Below, piece after piece: positions 36,963 to 46,042 of a stretch of DNA of 64,000 bases. Source of the stretch: a candidate division WWE3 bacterium (GTDB lineage: Bacteria; Patescibacteriota; WWE3; UBA101185; UBA10185); assembly GCA_003599255.1 (NCBI GenBank), contig QZJF01000017.1, positions 113,278 through 177,277 on the forward strand, given 5' to 3'. A program made the position numbers and the translations under genes. The notes beneath the pieces were generated by a model. That model did not search any database, had not been told where the DNA came from, and worked only from the letters and a program-made list of their open reading frames with translations. Position 1 is the first letter of the stretch. Each line of letters begins with the position of its first letter.

Positions 36963-38786
36963 ATGACCACGCAGGAAATACTGACAAAATATTTAGAATT
37001 TTATAAAAAAAGAGGGCACAAACAGGTTCCGAATGTTTCTCTCGTTCCCGAAGGTGATTCTACTCTTTTATTTGTAAATAGCGGAATGTTTCCGTTGGTT
37101 CCTTATCTTTCCGGGGAGTCTCATCCTTTGGGAAAAAGGCTGGTTAACGTACAAAGAGCCGGCAGGTTTGCTACGGATTTAGATGAAGTGGGAGACAGAA
37201 CTCATACCGTAGCATTTCATATGATTGGTAACTGGAGTTTGGGAGATTATTTTAAAGATGAACAGCTTCCGTGGGCGTATGAGTTTTTGATTGAGGAGAT
37301 CAAACTTGATCCCAACAGATTAATCGCGACGGTTTTCGAAGGGGACGAGAGTGCTCCTAAAGATGATGAATCAATAAAAATCATTCAGGAAATATTTAAG
37401 AAATACGGAATAGACGCCAAGGAAGGAGTAAGAATTTTCCCACGTCCAAAAGAGGATAACTGGTGGCAGCGAGGCGAAGCAGTGGGCGAACTGGGCGGAC
37501 CAGATAGTGAGGTCCATTACTTCCTTGGTGAAGGTTCCCCTGAGGGGAAAGACCCGATTGAAAATGAAAGTGAATTTATCGAGATAGGAAATTCGGTTTT
37601 TATGCAATATCGAAAGACAGAAACCGGATGGGAGGAGCTGCCTCAGAAAAATGTGGATTTTGGCGGAGGTCTGGAGCGATTAGCCATGGTTGTGCAAGGC
37701 AAGAATGATATTTTTGAAACCGACAGCTTCTGGCCAATCATCGAAAAAGCGCAGGAAATTACAGGAAAACGATACGGGGAAAGCGAGGAAGTTACTATAG
37801 CAATGCGAATATTGGCCGACCACATGAGGGCATGTGTGCTTCTGGCTATGGACGGTGTGCGTCCAAGCAACAAAGATCAGGGATATATGCTGCGCAGACT
37901 GATTAGGAGAATGGTACGTGCTGCAAGGAAACTTGGTTTTGAAAAAGATTTATCTACAAGGTTGGTGGGAGTGGTGACCGAAACATTGTCCTGGTTGTAT
38001 CCTGACTTGCCCGGCATGGAATCGGAAATAAAAACGGTGTTTGAGAATGAAGAAGTTAAGTTTTTGAAGACTCTGGAAAAGGGAACAAAAGAAGTTGATA
38101 AAAGTTTAAAAAAACTTACCGGAAACAATTTGGACGATTTGGTAAATATTGCTTTTGATTTGTATCAGTCGCTGGGATACCCGGCGGAAATTTTTATTGA
38201 GGACGTAAAAGATAAGGGAATCTCTGTTAATCAAAATGATTTTACAAAGGCTTTTGACGAAAAGTTTGAGCAACATCAGGCACAGTCCCGTGCCGGTTCG
38301 GAGCAGAAATTCAAGGGAGGACTTGCCGACCATAGTGACACCGTTGTCAAATACCACACAACTACGCATTTACTTCAGCGAGCGCTTAAAAATATTTTAG
38401 GAGATCATGTAAGACAGATCGGAAGTAATATTACATCTGAAAGGCTTCGTTTCGATTTTGTTCACGATAAGAAACTTACTGATGAGGAGATAACCCGGGT
38501 AGAGAAATTTATTGCCGAATCCGTTGAACAGAAATACCCCGTCAATTTTGTGATGCTGCCAAGAGAGGGCGCTATGCAGAGTGGGGCGTTATATCTTGCA
38601 GGAGAAACATATCCTGAAGAGGTCAAGGTTTATTACATAGGAGAAAGCTTGGAACGGGCACTTAGCAAAGAATTTTGCGGTGGCCCACATGTAAGTAATA
38701 CTTCTGAATTAAGCGAAGTTGAAATTTATAAGCAGGAAACCTTAGGTGACGGAAAACAAAGAGTTTACGTCCGATTTATTAATTAA
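36963..38786 (+). CDS. alaS: Alanine--tRNA ligase, short form (catalytic + tRNA-recognition + editing domains, no C-Ala domain)
   Basis: The N-terminus (FYKKRGHKQVPNVSLVPEGDSTLLFVNSGM...FHMIGNWSLGDYFK) matches AlaRS motifs. Editing-site HTTTHLL...H and CGGPHV motifs are present. 607 aa. Confidence 0.85.
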   Translation: MTTQEILTKYLEFYKKRGHKQVPNVSLVPEGDSTLLFVNSGMFPLVPYLSGESHPLGKRLVNVQRAGRFATDLDEVGDRTHTVAFHMIGNWSLGDYFKDEQLPWAYEFLIEEIKLDPNRLIATVFEGDESAPKDDESIKIIQEIFKKYGIDAKEGVRIFPRPKEDNWWQRGEAVGELGGPDSEVHYFLGEGSPEGKDPIENESEFIEIGNSVFMQYRKTETGWEELPQKNVDFGGGLERLAMVVQGKNDIFETDSFWPIIEKAQEITGKRYGESEEVTIAMRILADHMRACVLLAMDGVRPSNKDQGYMLRRLIRRMVRAARKLGFEKDLSTRLVGVVTETLSWLYPDLPGMESEIKTVFENEEVKFLKTLEKGTKEVDKSLKKLTGNNLDDLVNIAFDLYQSLGYPAEIFIEDVKDKGISVNQNDFTKAFDEKFEQHQAQSRAGSEQKFKGGLADHSDTVVKYHTTTHLLQRALKNILGDHVRQIGSNITSERLRFDFVHDKKLTDEEITRVEKFIAESVEQKYPVNFVMLPREGAMQSGALYLAGETYPEEVKVYYIGESLERALSKEFCGGPHVSNTSELSEVEIYKQETLGDGKQRVYVRFIN

Positions 38787-38837
38787 TTAAGTTCCAAGTT
38801 AAATCCGACGCTGGTATTTTGCGTATAATCAAAGTAC

Positions 38838-39842
38838 ATGTCGGAAAAAATAAATTCTTTAATCCCCGCGGAAGATATCCCAGAAATATACATTGAGCCT
38901 AATGAGTTTGAGAAGAGGACCAATCTTGAAGGGCTCGCTTCTGCTTTGGACAAAGCGTACAGCGCGGGAACTTATATTTCAAAAGCTGCCTTAGAGGCCG
39001 CCGGCTACGAACATCCGGAACACTATATTTTTGCCCGAAGATTTGAAGGTAAGGGCGTTCCGGACTTAACGAAGGAAAGATTGGAAAGAGTAAAGTTCGC
39101 AATAGAAGAAAATTTTAAGTTGGACTATCCCGAACAATTAAAAGAAGCAATTGTAGGAATTGAGGAATATTTTAAAAGTTTGAGTATGCCGGAACCCGGT
39201 GCCGGAGAGACATCCGCACAGGTAATTGCAAGAGAAAAAACATTGAGGGAGATAGATCTAATTCATCTTAGACACGAATCAACCCATTGGCAGCAGGATA
39301 AAGAATTAGATTATATTAAAGCAGTAATAGCTCTGGAAGAAGCAAGGGTAACCATTGTAAATAATGTTGATTTGTCCCAGCACCCGGGTGGTGAGGCATT
39401 AGATATGTTAACGCGCCAAGTTAACGCAACGCTTGCATATACGGAACTAGAGGCATTTCTGGCCCAATATATAGGTAGGGAAAACTCTTCCGAGGCGGCA
39501 TTAAGATTTACAGCATCGGAGCTGGCAACATTAGGAGTGGTTTATCTTTATAATCAGAGTGGTTACAAATCCGAAGAGATGAAAAGAACTATGTTTTTAA
39601 TGAATGACAGCCATGTACTTGCAGCTTTGGCGATTTTGACAGAGGACGTTAGTTTGGTGGAGAAAGCCCGCCACGGAGAAGTAGATATTGGTGCAATCGA
39701 TGAGAAAGTTGCATCTGCCCTGGAAAAGTTTATTCAGGGGGATAATTTAGTACCGGAAAATTTGTTGAACGAAAGTACTCATTCAAGGGTTCATAAGCAT
39801 TTAGTCGAAAATGCCGCTATCTGCCAAAATTTAGCCTACTAA
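38838..39842 (+). CDS. Hypothetical cytoplasmic protein (334 aa)
   Basis: No recognisable motif; moderately elevated GC. Confidence 0.4.
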   Translation: MSEKINSLIPAEDIPEIYIEPNEFEKRTNLEGLASALDKAYSAGTYISKAALEAAGYEHPEHYIFARRFEGKGVPDLTKERLERVKFAIEENFKLDYPEQLKEAIVGIEEYFKSLSMPEPGAGETSAQVIAREKTLREIDLIHLRHESTHWQQDKELDYIKAVIALEEARVTIVNNVDLSQHPGGEALDMLTRQVNATLAYTELEAFLAQYIGRENSSEAALRFTASELATLGVVYLYNQSGYKSEEMKRTMFLMNDSHVLAALAILTEDVSLVEKARHGEVDIGAIDEKVASALEKFIQGDNLVPENLLNESTHSRVHKHLVENAAICQNLAY

Positions 39843-39930
39843 ACTATAGGTTGCCGAAATAAGCGTTTGGCGCTATAATCGTGCTTATCTAACCGATCCA
39901 CAAATCATAATACAGAAGGGATGAGGAGAA

Positions 39931-40668
39931 ATGAAAACGCTGATAGCTTGGTTGTCATTTTTTGCAATGTTGGCGTCGTTTCAGTTTTGGCTGAAGGACT
40001 GGGCACTGACCGCTCTCGTGATGTCAGCCGTGGTGTTGCATGAGTTTGGGCACGCTATCGTCCTTTGGTCCAGAGGTGTACAGATAGGGATGATATTTGT
40101 CCCGTTTCTCGCAGCGGCGGTGTATTATACGCCCGAACAAGCCAAAAAGCTGAACGACTTTGAGGACGCAATTACATCTCTGGCGGGCCCGCTTGTCAAC
40201 ATCGGTTTGGCTGTCCTTGGTGCCGTCTTACTGGCCGCAGGATATGAGCCAAAATACACGTTGGCCATGATCAGTCTCAACGTGGGGCTGGCTTTCTTTA
40301 ACCTGCTACCGATTCCCGGGCTTGACGGCGGAAGATTCCAGGCCAGCATCTTTAAGAGTCTGGACGAGTCCGAAGACAGGCAAGTGGTTATGATCGTGTC
40401 CGTACTTGCCGTAAGCTTTGCCGTCATCATGCTTCTTATGGGCGCTTATTCAGTAACGTATATTTTGGTGATTTTCCTGACCAGAATGAACTCGAATAAA
40501 GACAACCCTGCGGATGCTAGGAGCAGCAAGGCAATGAGCCGCGATACGGCATTTAGTCTTGTAAGAGTCTATGCCGTGGTACTATTTGTGCTCATGATTG
40601 CTAATTCGGCAGTTCCTGTGTGGACCGAATTTTTTGAAATTTGGCCCTTTTACCTGATCGGAAAGTAA
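39931..40668 (+). CDS. Site-2 protease-like M50 family membrane metalloprotease
   Basis: HEFGH zinc motif in TM helix 2 and a downstream NLLPIPGLDGG motif. About 53% GC. Confidence 0.7.
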   Translation: MKTLIAWLSFFAMLASFQFWLKDWALTALVMSAVVLHEFGHAIVLWSRGVQIGMIFVPFLAAAVYYTPEQAKKLNDFEDAITSLAGPLVNIGLAVLGAVLLAAGYEPKYTLAMISLNVGLAFFNLLPIPGLDGGRFQASIFKSLDESEDRQVVMIVSVLAVSFAVIMLLMGAYSVTYILVIFLTRMNSNKDNPADARSSKAMSRDTAFSLVRVYAVVLFVLMIANSAVPVWTEFFEIWPFYLIGK

Positions 40669-40682
40669 TTTCGAAAGGCGCT

Positions 40683-40737
40683 TCCTTTTGGTTGAACTTT
40701 AACCATTTGGCAGCGCCTTTTTGCTTTGCTCATATAT
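40683..40737 (+). terminator. Hairpin terminator after the M50 protease gene
   Basis: AAAGGCGCT ... AGCGCCTTT inverted repeat followed by TTGCTTTGC. Confidence 0.4.
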
Positions 40738-40754
40738 TATTTTTTATTTTGGAA

Positions 40755-40800
40755 ATAAAAAAACAGGGTCTGATGTTGAAATTAAATTCACCAGGACCCT
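40755..40800 (-). terminator. Rho-independent terminator for the minus-strand gene 40832..41326
   Basis: Minus strand reads CAGGGTC...(loop)...GACCCTG followed by TTTTTTTATTT. Confidence 0.55.
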
Positions 40801-40831
40801 GTTATAAGGTTTATTAGGACGGACACACCAA

Positions 40832-41326
40832 TCAAAGAAGATATGAAAGATCCAAGTCTTCGTTGATGGCATCCCACGAGGGGATTTCCGGAATATGCAT
40901 GCCCCAGTTGCCGCCCTTTTCGTAGAGCATCCACAGTTCGCTGAATCTTAACTTTGCAATCTGCAGAGCATAGGTACCGAGCGGTTCTTCAACAGCATGT
41001 TGGGCCAGTAAATCTTTCATGACGATGAGGCCATGTTTAAGTTCTGAAAGACTTAGGCCGGGGCAAACCACAAATACCAGGCCGATATCCCAATGTGAAA
41101 GACCAACGTATCTGTTAAAGCGATGCTTGCCGAACACCTCTTTCAGTGTAGCCAGCAGGTACCAGAGATACGCAGTATCAGCTTTCACATGAGCCATCCC
41201 GCGGGGAATCTTTTTCCAGTTTCCAAATCTTGCGCGGGGCATTCGATTCAGCAGATCCAGTCTGGATTGGAGATCACGGCCGTAGTTCACATATTTGCCC
41301 ACACTATCGTAACGACTTGCGCACAT
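40832..41326 (-). CDS. Hypothetical protein (164 aa), GC-rich
   Basis: No motif recognised; about 50% GC. Confidence 0.35.
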   Translation of the reverse strand: MCASRYDSVGKYVNYGRDLQSRLDLLNRMPRARFGNWKKIPRGMAHVKADTAYLWYLLATLKEVFGKHRFNRYVGLSHWDIGLVFVVCPGLSLSELKHGLIVMKDLLAQHAVEEPLGTYALQIAKLRFSELWMLYEKGGNWGMHIPEIPSWDAINEDLDLSYLL

Positions 41327-41437
41327 TTATGCCTCCTTACTTTTATATAGAGGGCTACTGTTTAGGATGAGAGGATTGTAGCATATAGGACCTATAGGAA
41401 GCAATGCGCTCCCGCGGTTGTGATAGAATAAACAGGC

Positions 41438-41464
41438 TTGACACTCTAAATGTCTGAGTGCTAT
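41438..41464 (+). promoter_or_regulatory. CIRCE (HrcA operator) inverted repeat overlapping a sigma-A-type promoter upstream of groES
   Basis: TTGACACTC-N9-GAGTGCTAT against the CIRCE consensus TTAGCACTC-N9-GAGTGCTAA (15/18 matches, 9-nt spacer). TTGACA is the left half and TATAAA follows 18 nt later, about 45 nt upstream of groES. Confidence 0.6.
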
Positions 41465-41509
41465 AAATTTTAACGTTATAAAATTAGTTTAGGAGGAATA
41501 TAAGAAGAT

Positions 41510-41815
41510 ATGACAACTACAGTAAACAAAGTAAGGCCTCTTTCAGATTACATATTAATAGAGCCCCTGGAGAAGGAAACAACTTTGCCCTCGGGTATTG
41601 TTATCCCCGACACAGCTAAGGAAAAACCCCAGGAAGGAAAAGTTGTTTCGGTCGGACCGGGACGCAGAGATGATGATGGTGACCGTGTCCCGATGGAAAT
41701 TAAAGCCGGGGATATAATCATGTACAAAAAGTGGGGCGGCACTGAGATAAAAGTTGAAGGAAAAGAATATCTTTTAGTTAAAGAGGAAGATATTCTTGCA
41801 GTAATAGAGAGTTAA
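41510..41815 (+). CDS. groES: Co-chaperonin GroES
   Basis: VRPLSDYILIEP...TLPSGIVIPDTAKEKPQEGKVVSVGPG...; about 100 aa. SD AGGAGG upstream. Confidence 0.9.
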   Translation: MTTTVNKVRPLSDYILIEPLEKETTLPSGIVIPDTAKEKPQEGKVVSVGPGRRDDDGDRVPMEIKAGDIIMYKKWGGTEIKVEGKEYLLVKEEDILAVIES

Positions 41816-41839
41816 TTTTTTAGTTTATTTAAAGGAGGT

Positions 41840-43501
41840 ATGCATATGTCAGCAAAGATGATTATTTACGGGGAACAGGCCCGACAAAAACTCAAGAAGG
41901 GTGTGGACGATCTGGCGAAAGCGGTAGCAACTACCCTGGGTCCAAAGGGAGGAAATGTTGCTTTGGAAAAGAGTTGGGGAGCCCCTCAGGTTGTTCATGA
42001 CGGTGTTACCGTCGCAAAGGAGATAGAACTCCAGGACAAATTTGAAAATATGGGAGCTCAGCTCGTAAGGGAAGCCGCATCCAAGACAAATGAAAAGGCA
42101 GGAGACGGAACTACTACGGCTACTGTTTTGGCGCAGGCTTTGGTGGAATCCGGTTTAAAGAATGTATCCGCCGGTGCTAATCCGATGATTATCAGAAGAG
42201 GGCTAGAAAAGGCATACAACGTTGCAGCCGAAGAAATAAAGAAGCTGGCAAAGCAGATCACTACCAAAGAAGAAAAAATTCAGGTGGCCACAATCTCGGC
42301 ACAAAATGATGAGATAGGCAACCTGATTGCTGATGCCATGGAGAAAGTCGGAGATAGCGGGGTAATAACAGTCGACGAATCAAAAGGTTTCGATATTGAG
42401 CTAGAGTACAAAGAGGGTATGCAGTTTGATAAAGGATATGCTTCGGCATATTTTGTTACCAATTCTGAGAGAATGGAAGCAGTTATTGAGAACCCATACA
42501 TTCTTGTTACTGATTCTAAGGTATCCAGTATCAATGAACTTCTTCCCATGCTTGAAAATTTTGTGAAGATTTCAAAGAATTTGGTGATTATAGCCGAGGA
42601 CGTTGATGGTGAAGCTCTTGCGACACTGGTGCTAAACAAGTTAAGAGGAACATTTAACGTTTTAGCTGTGAAAGCTCCAGGTTTTGGCGACAGAAGAAAA
42701 TCTATGCTTCAGGATATAGCCGTATTGACTGGCGCAACATTTATCAGTGAAGAAACAGGAAGGAAACTCGATTCCGCTACTGTAGATGATTTAGGCACTG
42801 CAGAAAGAGTGATTTCCGACAAAGACAACACGACTATCGTTGGCGGTAAAGGTAAGGAAGATGAAATCAATAAACGTATAGAACAAATCAAAAACGAATA
42901 TGATTCCTCAACATCTGATTACGACAAAGAAAAACTACAGGAAAGATTAGCTAAAATGACAGGCGGAGTAGCTGTCATAAAAGTGGGTGCGGCAACTGAA
43001 TCTGAACTCAAAGAGAAGAAACTAAGAGTCGAAGATGCGGTGCACGCAACCAAGGCAGCAGTAGAAGAAGGTATAGTCCCGGGTGGCGGTGTTACATTTT
43101 TGAGAGTTAGAGAAGCTATAAAGGACATGAAACTTGAGGGTGACGAGAAAACCGGAGCCAAGATCTTATACGAAGCTTTGGAAAAACCTACAAGGGTTAT
43201 AGTTACCAATGCAGGTGTTGATGCGGGTATGGTTTTGGGCGAACTCGACAGAAGATACAAAGATCAAGGCAACCCCAATCTTGGATTTAACGTTATTTCC
43301 ATGGATTATGTGGATATGGTAGTCGATGGTATTACCGATCCCGCAAAGGTTGCAAGAACAGCACTGCAAAACGCAGTATCAGTTGCCACAATGATTTTAA
43401 CTACGGAGTCACTGGTCGCAGAAGCTCCAAAGGAAGAGTCGAAAGAAGTACCAGGAATGCCTGGGGGTATGGGCGGCATGGACATGGGCGGTATGATGTA
43501 A
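41840..43501 (+). CDS. groEL: Chaperonin GroEL
   Basis: [11 protein letters not shown]..., [13 protein letters not shown], and the C-terminal [12 protein letters not shown] tail. Confidence 0.95.
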   Translation: MHMSAKMIIYGEQARQKLKKGVDDLAKAVATTLGPKGGNVALEKSWGAPQVVHDGVTVAKEIELQDKFENMGAQLVREAASKTNEKAGDGTTTATVLAQALVESGLKNVSAGANPMIIRRGLEKAYNVAAEEIKKLAKQITTKEEKIQVATISAQNDEIGNLIADAMEKVGDSGVITVDESKGFDIELEYKEGMQFDKGYASAYFVTNSERMEAVIENPYILVTDSKVSSINELLPMLENFVKISKNLVIIAEDVDGEALATLVLNKLRGTFNVLAVKAPGFGDRRKSMLQDIAVLTGATFISEETGRKLDSATVDDLGTAERVISDKDNTTIVGGKGKEDEINKRIEQIKNEYDSSTSDYDKEKLQERLAKMTGGVAVIKVGAATESELKEKKLRVEDAVHATKAAVEEGIVPGGGVTFLRVREAIKDMKLEGDEKTGAKILYEALEKPTRVIVTNAGVDAGMVLGELDRRYKDQGNPNLGFNVISMDYVDMVVDGITDPAKVARTALQNAVSVATMILTTESLVAEAPKEESKEVPGMPGGMGGMDMGGMM

Positions 43502-43515
43502 CGATGTTGCTGAAC

Positions 43516-43546
43516 AAAAGGCCCCCTCCGAGAGGGGGCCTTTTCG
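43516..43546. terminator. Bidirectional rho-independent terminator between groEL and hsp20
   Basis: GGCCCCCTC-CGA-GAGGGGGCC (9-bp GC stem) flanked by A-run and T-run on both sides. Confidence 0.7.
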
Positions 43547-43566
43547 TTAGTGGAGACCCGGTTGAT

Positions 43567-44007
43567 TTAAGACTTCTTTGAAACCTCAATTCTCTTTGGT
43601 TTATCAGCTTCAGTCTTTGGTACTGTTACGGTAACTACTCCATTTTCCACTTCAGCTTTGGCCTTGGTAGAATCTACAGCTCTAGGAAGACTGGTTGAAT
43701 AATTGAAACTTGTTTGTCGTGTGCTTTTGTATACAGTCTTTTTCTTTTCTTTCTTTTCCTCTACTTCTTTGGCCTCGGCAGCTATCGTAAGAACATTTCC
43801 CTCTACGGTAACCTCGACATCGGAATCTTTGATTCCCGGAACTTGCGCTTCCACGACAACCGCTTCGTCTGTTTCATATATATCAAGCCCTGTATTTGAG
43901 GAGGAAAGATCCGGCCAATTGAACAGTTCATTTGTTGATTCGTCGTCAAACATTGCAGGCCACATAGGACCCCATCTTCGCCATTTTACTATTGCCATAT
44001 GATTCAC
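43567..44007 (-). CDS. Small heat-shock protein (Hsp20/alpha-crystallin family)
   Basis: Alpha-crystallin domain pattern: DIYETDEAVVVEAQVPGIKDSDVEVTVEGNVLTI...SFNYSTSLP...AEVENGVVTVTVPK. Start at M1 or M4. Confidence 0.85.
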   Translation of the reverse strand: MNHMAIVKWRRWGPMWPAMFDDESTNELFNWPDLSSSNTGLDIYETDEAVVVEAQVPGIKDSDVEVTVEGNVLTIAAEAKEVEEKKEKKKTVYKSTRQTSFNYSTSLPRAVDSTKAKAEVENGVVTVTVPKTEADKPKRIEVSKKS

Positions 44008-44087
44008 CTCCTTTTCTATTAATAATTATTTGGATTAAAAGTTATTAAAGTATCTCACTGTCACTTTATCACCGCGAGTGCCAGACG

Positions 44088-44942
44088 TCAATATTTTTTA
44101 AAAGCTTCAAGAATTCTTGGACCGTTGTCATGTTTGTTGAAGTGTATTATGTGTTTTTCGGTAATTTCTTTTGTTTTCTTTTTGCGCATGTAGCTGATTT
44201 GCAGTCCCATCACGTACTTTTCTATTTCATCAACGATGCTTTTTTTACTTTTTACTTTAAATGCTTCCGGGTAGTCGAGTACAAAGTTAGGGAAATATTT
44301 TTTCACCCAATCATTGGCTTTCAAGAATCGGAAATAAGCATCGTCCCGTTGAAATATTGGCTGTAACATGCAAATTTCATGGGCAGTATAGACATTTCTT
44401 TTTTCCGGAGGCCAGGTCAGATATGACTCGTCAATAAATAAGTTCGGGCAGATTTTTCCGGGTTCGGCATCCACACGCACGTACGCGTTCACGATCTTCA
44501 AAAGTAGTGCCGTAAACCCTCTGGTTAACCACAATCTATTTTTCGAAGTAATTATAAATATGTCGATATCCGACCTTTTATCTGCGTTATATGCCGCTAC
44601 AGAACCTGTAACACCGAGGAGTTTTATCCACGGTATTGTCTTCAAAAGATCAAAAATGTGCTTATTCTCTGCGAGTATTTGTTCGGTATATTTTTTTCTT
44701 AATTCCCAGCTCACAGGTTTTATGCTATTGAGATAGAACTTTCCGCCTTTTGTCTGAATGTAATTCTTTTTTGCCATTTTTTGCAATTCGTTTTTGAAAA
44801 AGACATAATCAAAAGTTTTACTCGAGATCAAAAAGGTTGAGAGTTGATAGAAAGTCAGTGGATATTTAAATATGGACCTATAAGTGAGGGTAGTTTTGAT
44901 TGCCTTATCACATGCTCTTTCATTTGCACGTTGTCTTGGCAT
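44088..44942 (-). CDS. Pol-beta-superfamily nucleotidyltransferase-domain protein of unknown specificity
   Basis: LLGVTGSVAAYNADKRSDIDIFIIT (GS...D.D NTase signature) around residue 110 of 284, with a C-terminal helical region. Confidence 0.45.
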   Translation of the reverse strand: MPRQRANERACDKAIKTTLTYRSIFKYPLTFYQLSTFLISSKTFDYVFFKNELQKMAKKNYIQTKGGKFYLNSIKPVSWELRKKYTEQILAENKHIFDLLKTIPWIKLLGVTGSVAAYNADKRSDIDIFIITSKNRLWLTRGFTALLLKIVNAYVRVDAEPGKICPNLFIDESYLTWPPEKRNVYTAHEICMLQPIFQRDDAYFRFLKANDWVKKYFPNFVLDYPEAFKVKSKKSIVDEIEKYVMGLQISYMRKKKTKEITEKHIIHFNKHDNGPRILEAFKKY

Positions 44943-44944
44943 TG

Positions 44945-45349
44945 TTAGTTCAGGGAATCCAATACTTGGTTGACGATTTTATCGGCTTCTTTGTTTTTAT
45001 CTCTAAGAATGTGGGTATAGGAGACCGTTTTAAATTTTTTCTCAATTGATTTAGTCTTTTCCCAAAGCACCTGCATCCGCTCGTTTTTAACTTTATATAC
45101 CCCTTTCAATTGATTTACTACAAATTCGCTGTCAAGGTAACAATCAACTATCGAAGCCTTCTTTTCCAGAGCGGCGGATAAGCCCTCGATAATTGCTTCA
45201 TACTCGGCTTCGTTGTTAGTTTTCTCCCCGATGTATTTCCCGATTTCCTTAATAACTGTACCCTCGTGATTTTTGATGACAACTCCTATTGCGGCTGGTC
45301 CGGGATTACCCCTTGCTCCGCCGTCAGTGTTAAGTACTAATCTGATCAT
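44945..45349 (-). CDS. rnhA: Ribonuclease HI
   Basis: TDGGARGNPGPAAIGVVI, NNEAEYEAIIEGL, DSEFVVNQ and DKNKEAD match the DEDD catalytic motifs of type-1 RNase H. Confidence 0.8.
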   Translation of the reverse strand: MIRLVLNTDGGARGNPGPAAIGVVIKNHEGTVIKEIGKYIGEKTNNEAEYEAIIEGLSAALEKKASIVDCYLDSEFVVNQLKGVYKVKNERMQVLWEKTKSIEKKFKTVSYTHILRDKNKEADKIVNQVLDSLN

Positions 45350-45951
45350 TTTTTAAAATACTCCTTGAATGAAATAAACAAAATACCTGCTATCAATCCC
45401 AATCCAAACCCGGCGGATAAGTTAATCCAGATAGATTTGTATTCTTTTTTTACTACCGGTTCGTCGGTGATCTTGGATATGCTTAAATTTGCGTCACCAG
45501 ATTTATTTATGTCGACCGTTGTATCAATTAATGATGATGAGAGGGATTCCCAAAGACCTTTTGACTCCTCATGTGTATTGCCTTTAACTGTAAGTGAGAT
45601 TAACTGGGGGCCGTCCTTATTAACCGAGATAAAACGCTGATATTTTCTAAGGGTAACTTCATTTACTGGGACATTAAGTTTAGCTAAAGCCAAGGTTCTT
45701 AAATCTACGCTTTCGAGCAAAGCCGCTACGGTGTTTGTATAAGAAAGTGCGGTTTGTTGTCCGTAATATCCTTCATACGTAAAATAATTGCTGCTGTTTT
45801 CAGTAGTTCTTTGTATGTAAAAGGATCCTGTAGAAATATATTTGGCGGGTATGTTGTAAAGTACTAATCCGAGGCCCGTTCCGACCAATACGAACATAAC
45901 CAAAGACCTTATTTCTTTTTTTAATTTTTTTATCAGATCTTTCAGTTCCAT
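45346..45951 (-). CDS. Wzz-like / polysaccharide chain-length-determinant-like bitopic membrane protein
   Basis: TM helices near both termini flank a roughly 150-aa external domain. Assigned by topology alone. Confidence 0.35.
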   Translation of the reverse strand: MELKDLIKKLKKEIRSLVMFVLVGTGLGLVLYNIPAKYISTGSFYIQRTTENSSNYFTYEGYYGQQTALSYTNTVAALLESVDLRTLALAKLNVPVNEVTLRKYQRFISVNKDGPQLISLTVKGNTHEESKGLWESLSSSLIDTTVDINKSGDANLSISKITDEPVVKKEYKSIWINLSAGFGLGLIAGILFISFKEYFKK

Positions 45952-46042
45952 AGAAAATCAGGTCCATTATACCACCGAGGCAAGTTTATCCTTGTAAAAA
46001 CTGCATTTAAAAAATATACTAAACATAGCAAAAACTGCCCAT

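Noticed and set aside
41548-43369. Multiple 60-119-aa ORFs antisense to groES/groEL (e.g. 42280..42639, 42919..43260)
   Set aside because: They are embedded antisense within a highly conserved, well-supported groESL operon and have low-complexity Ser/Thr/Ala-rich translations typical of antisense reading of GC3-biased genes.
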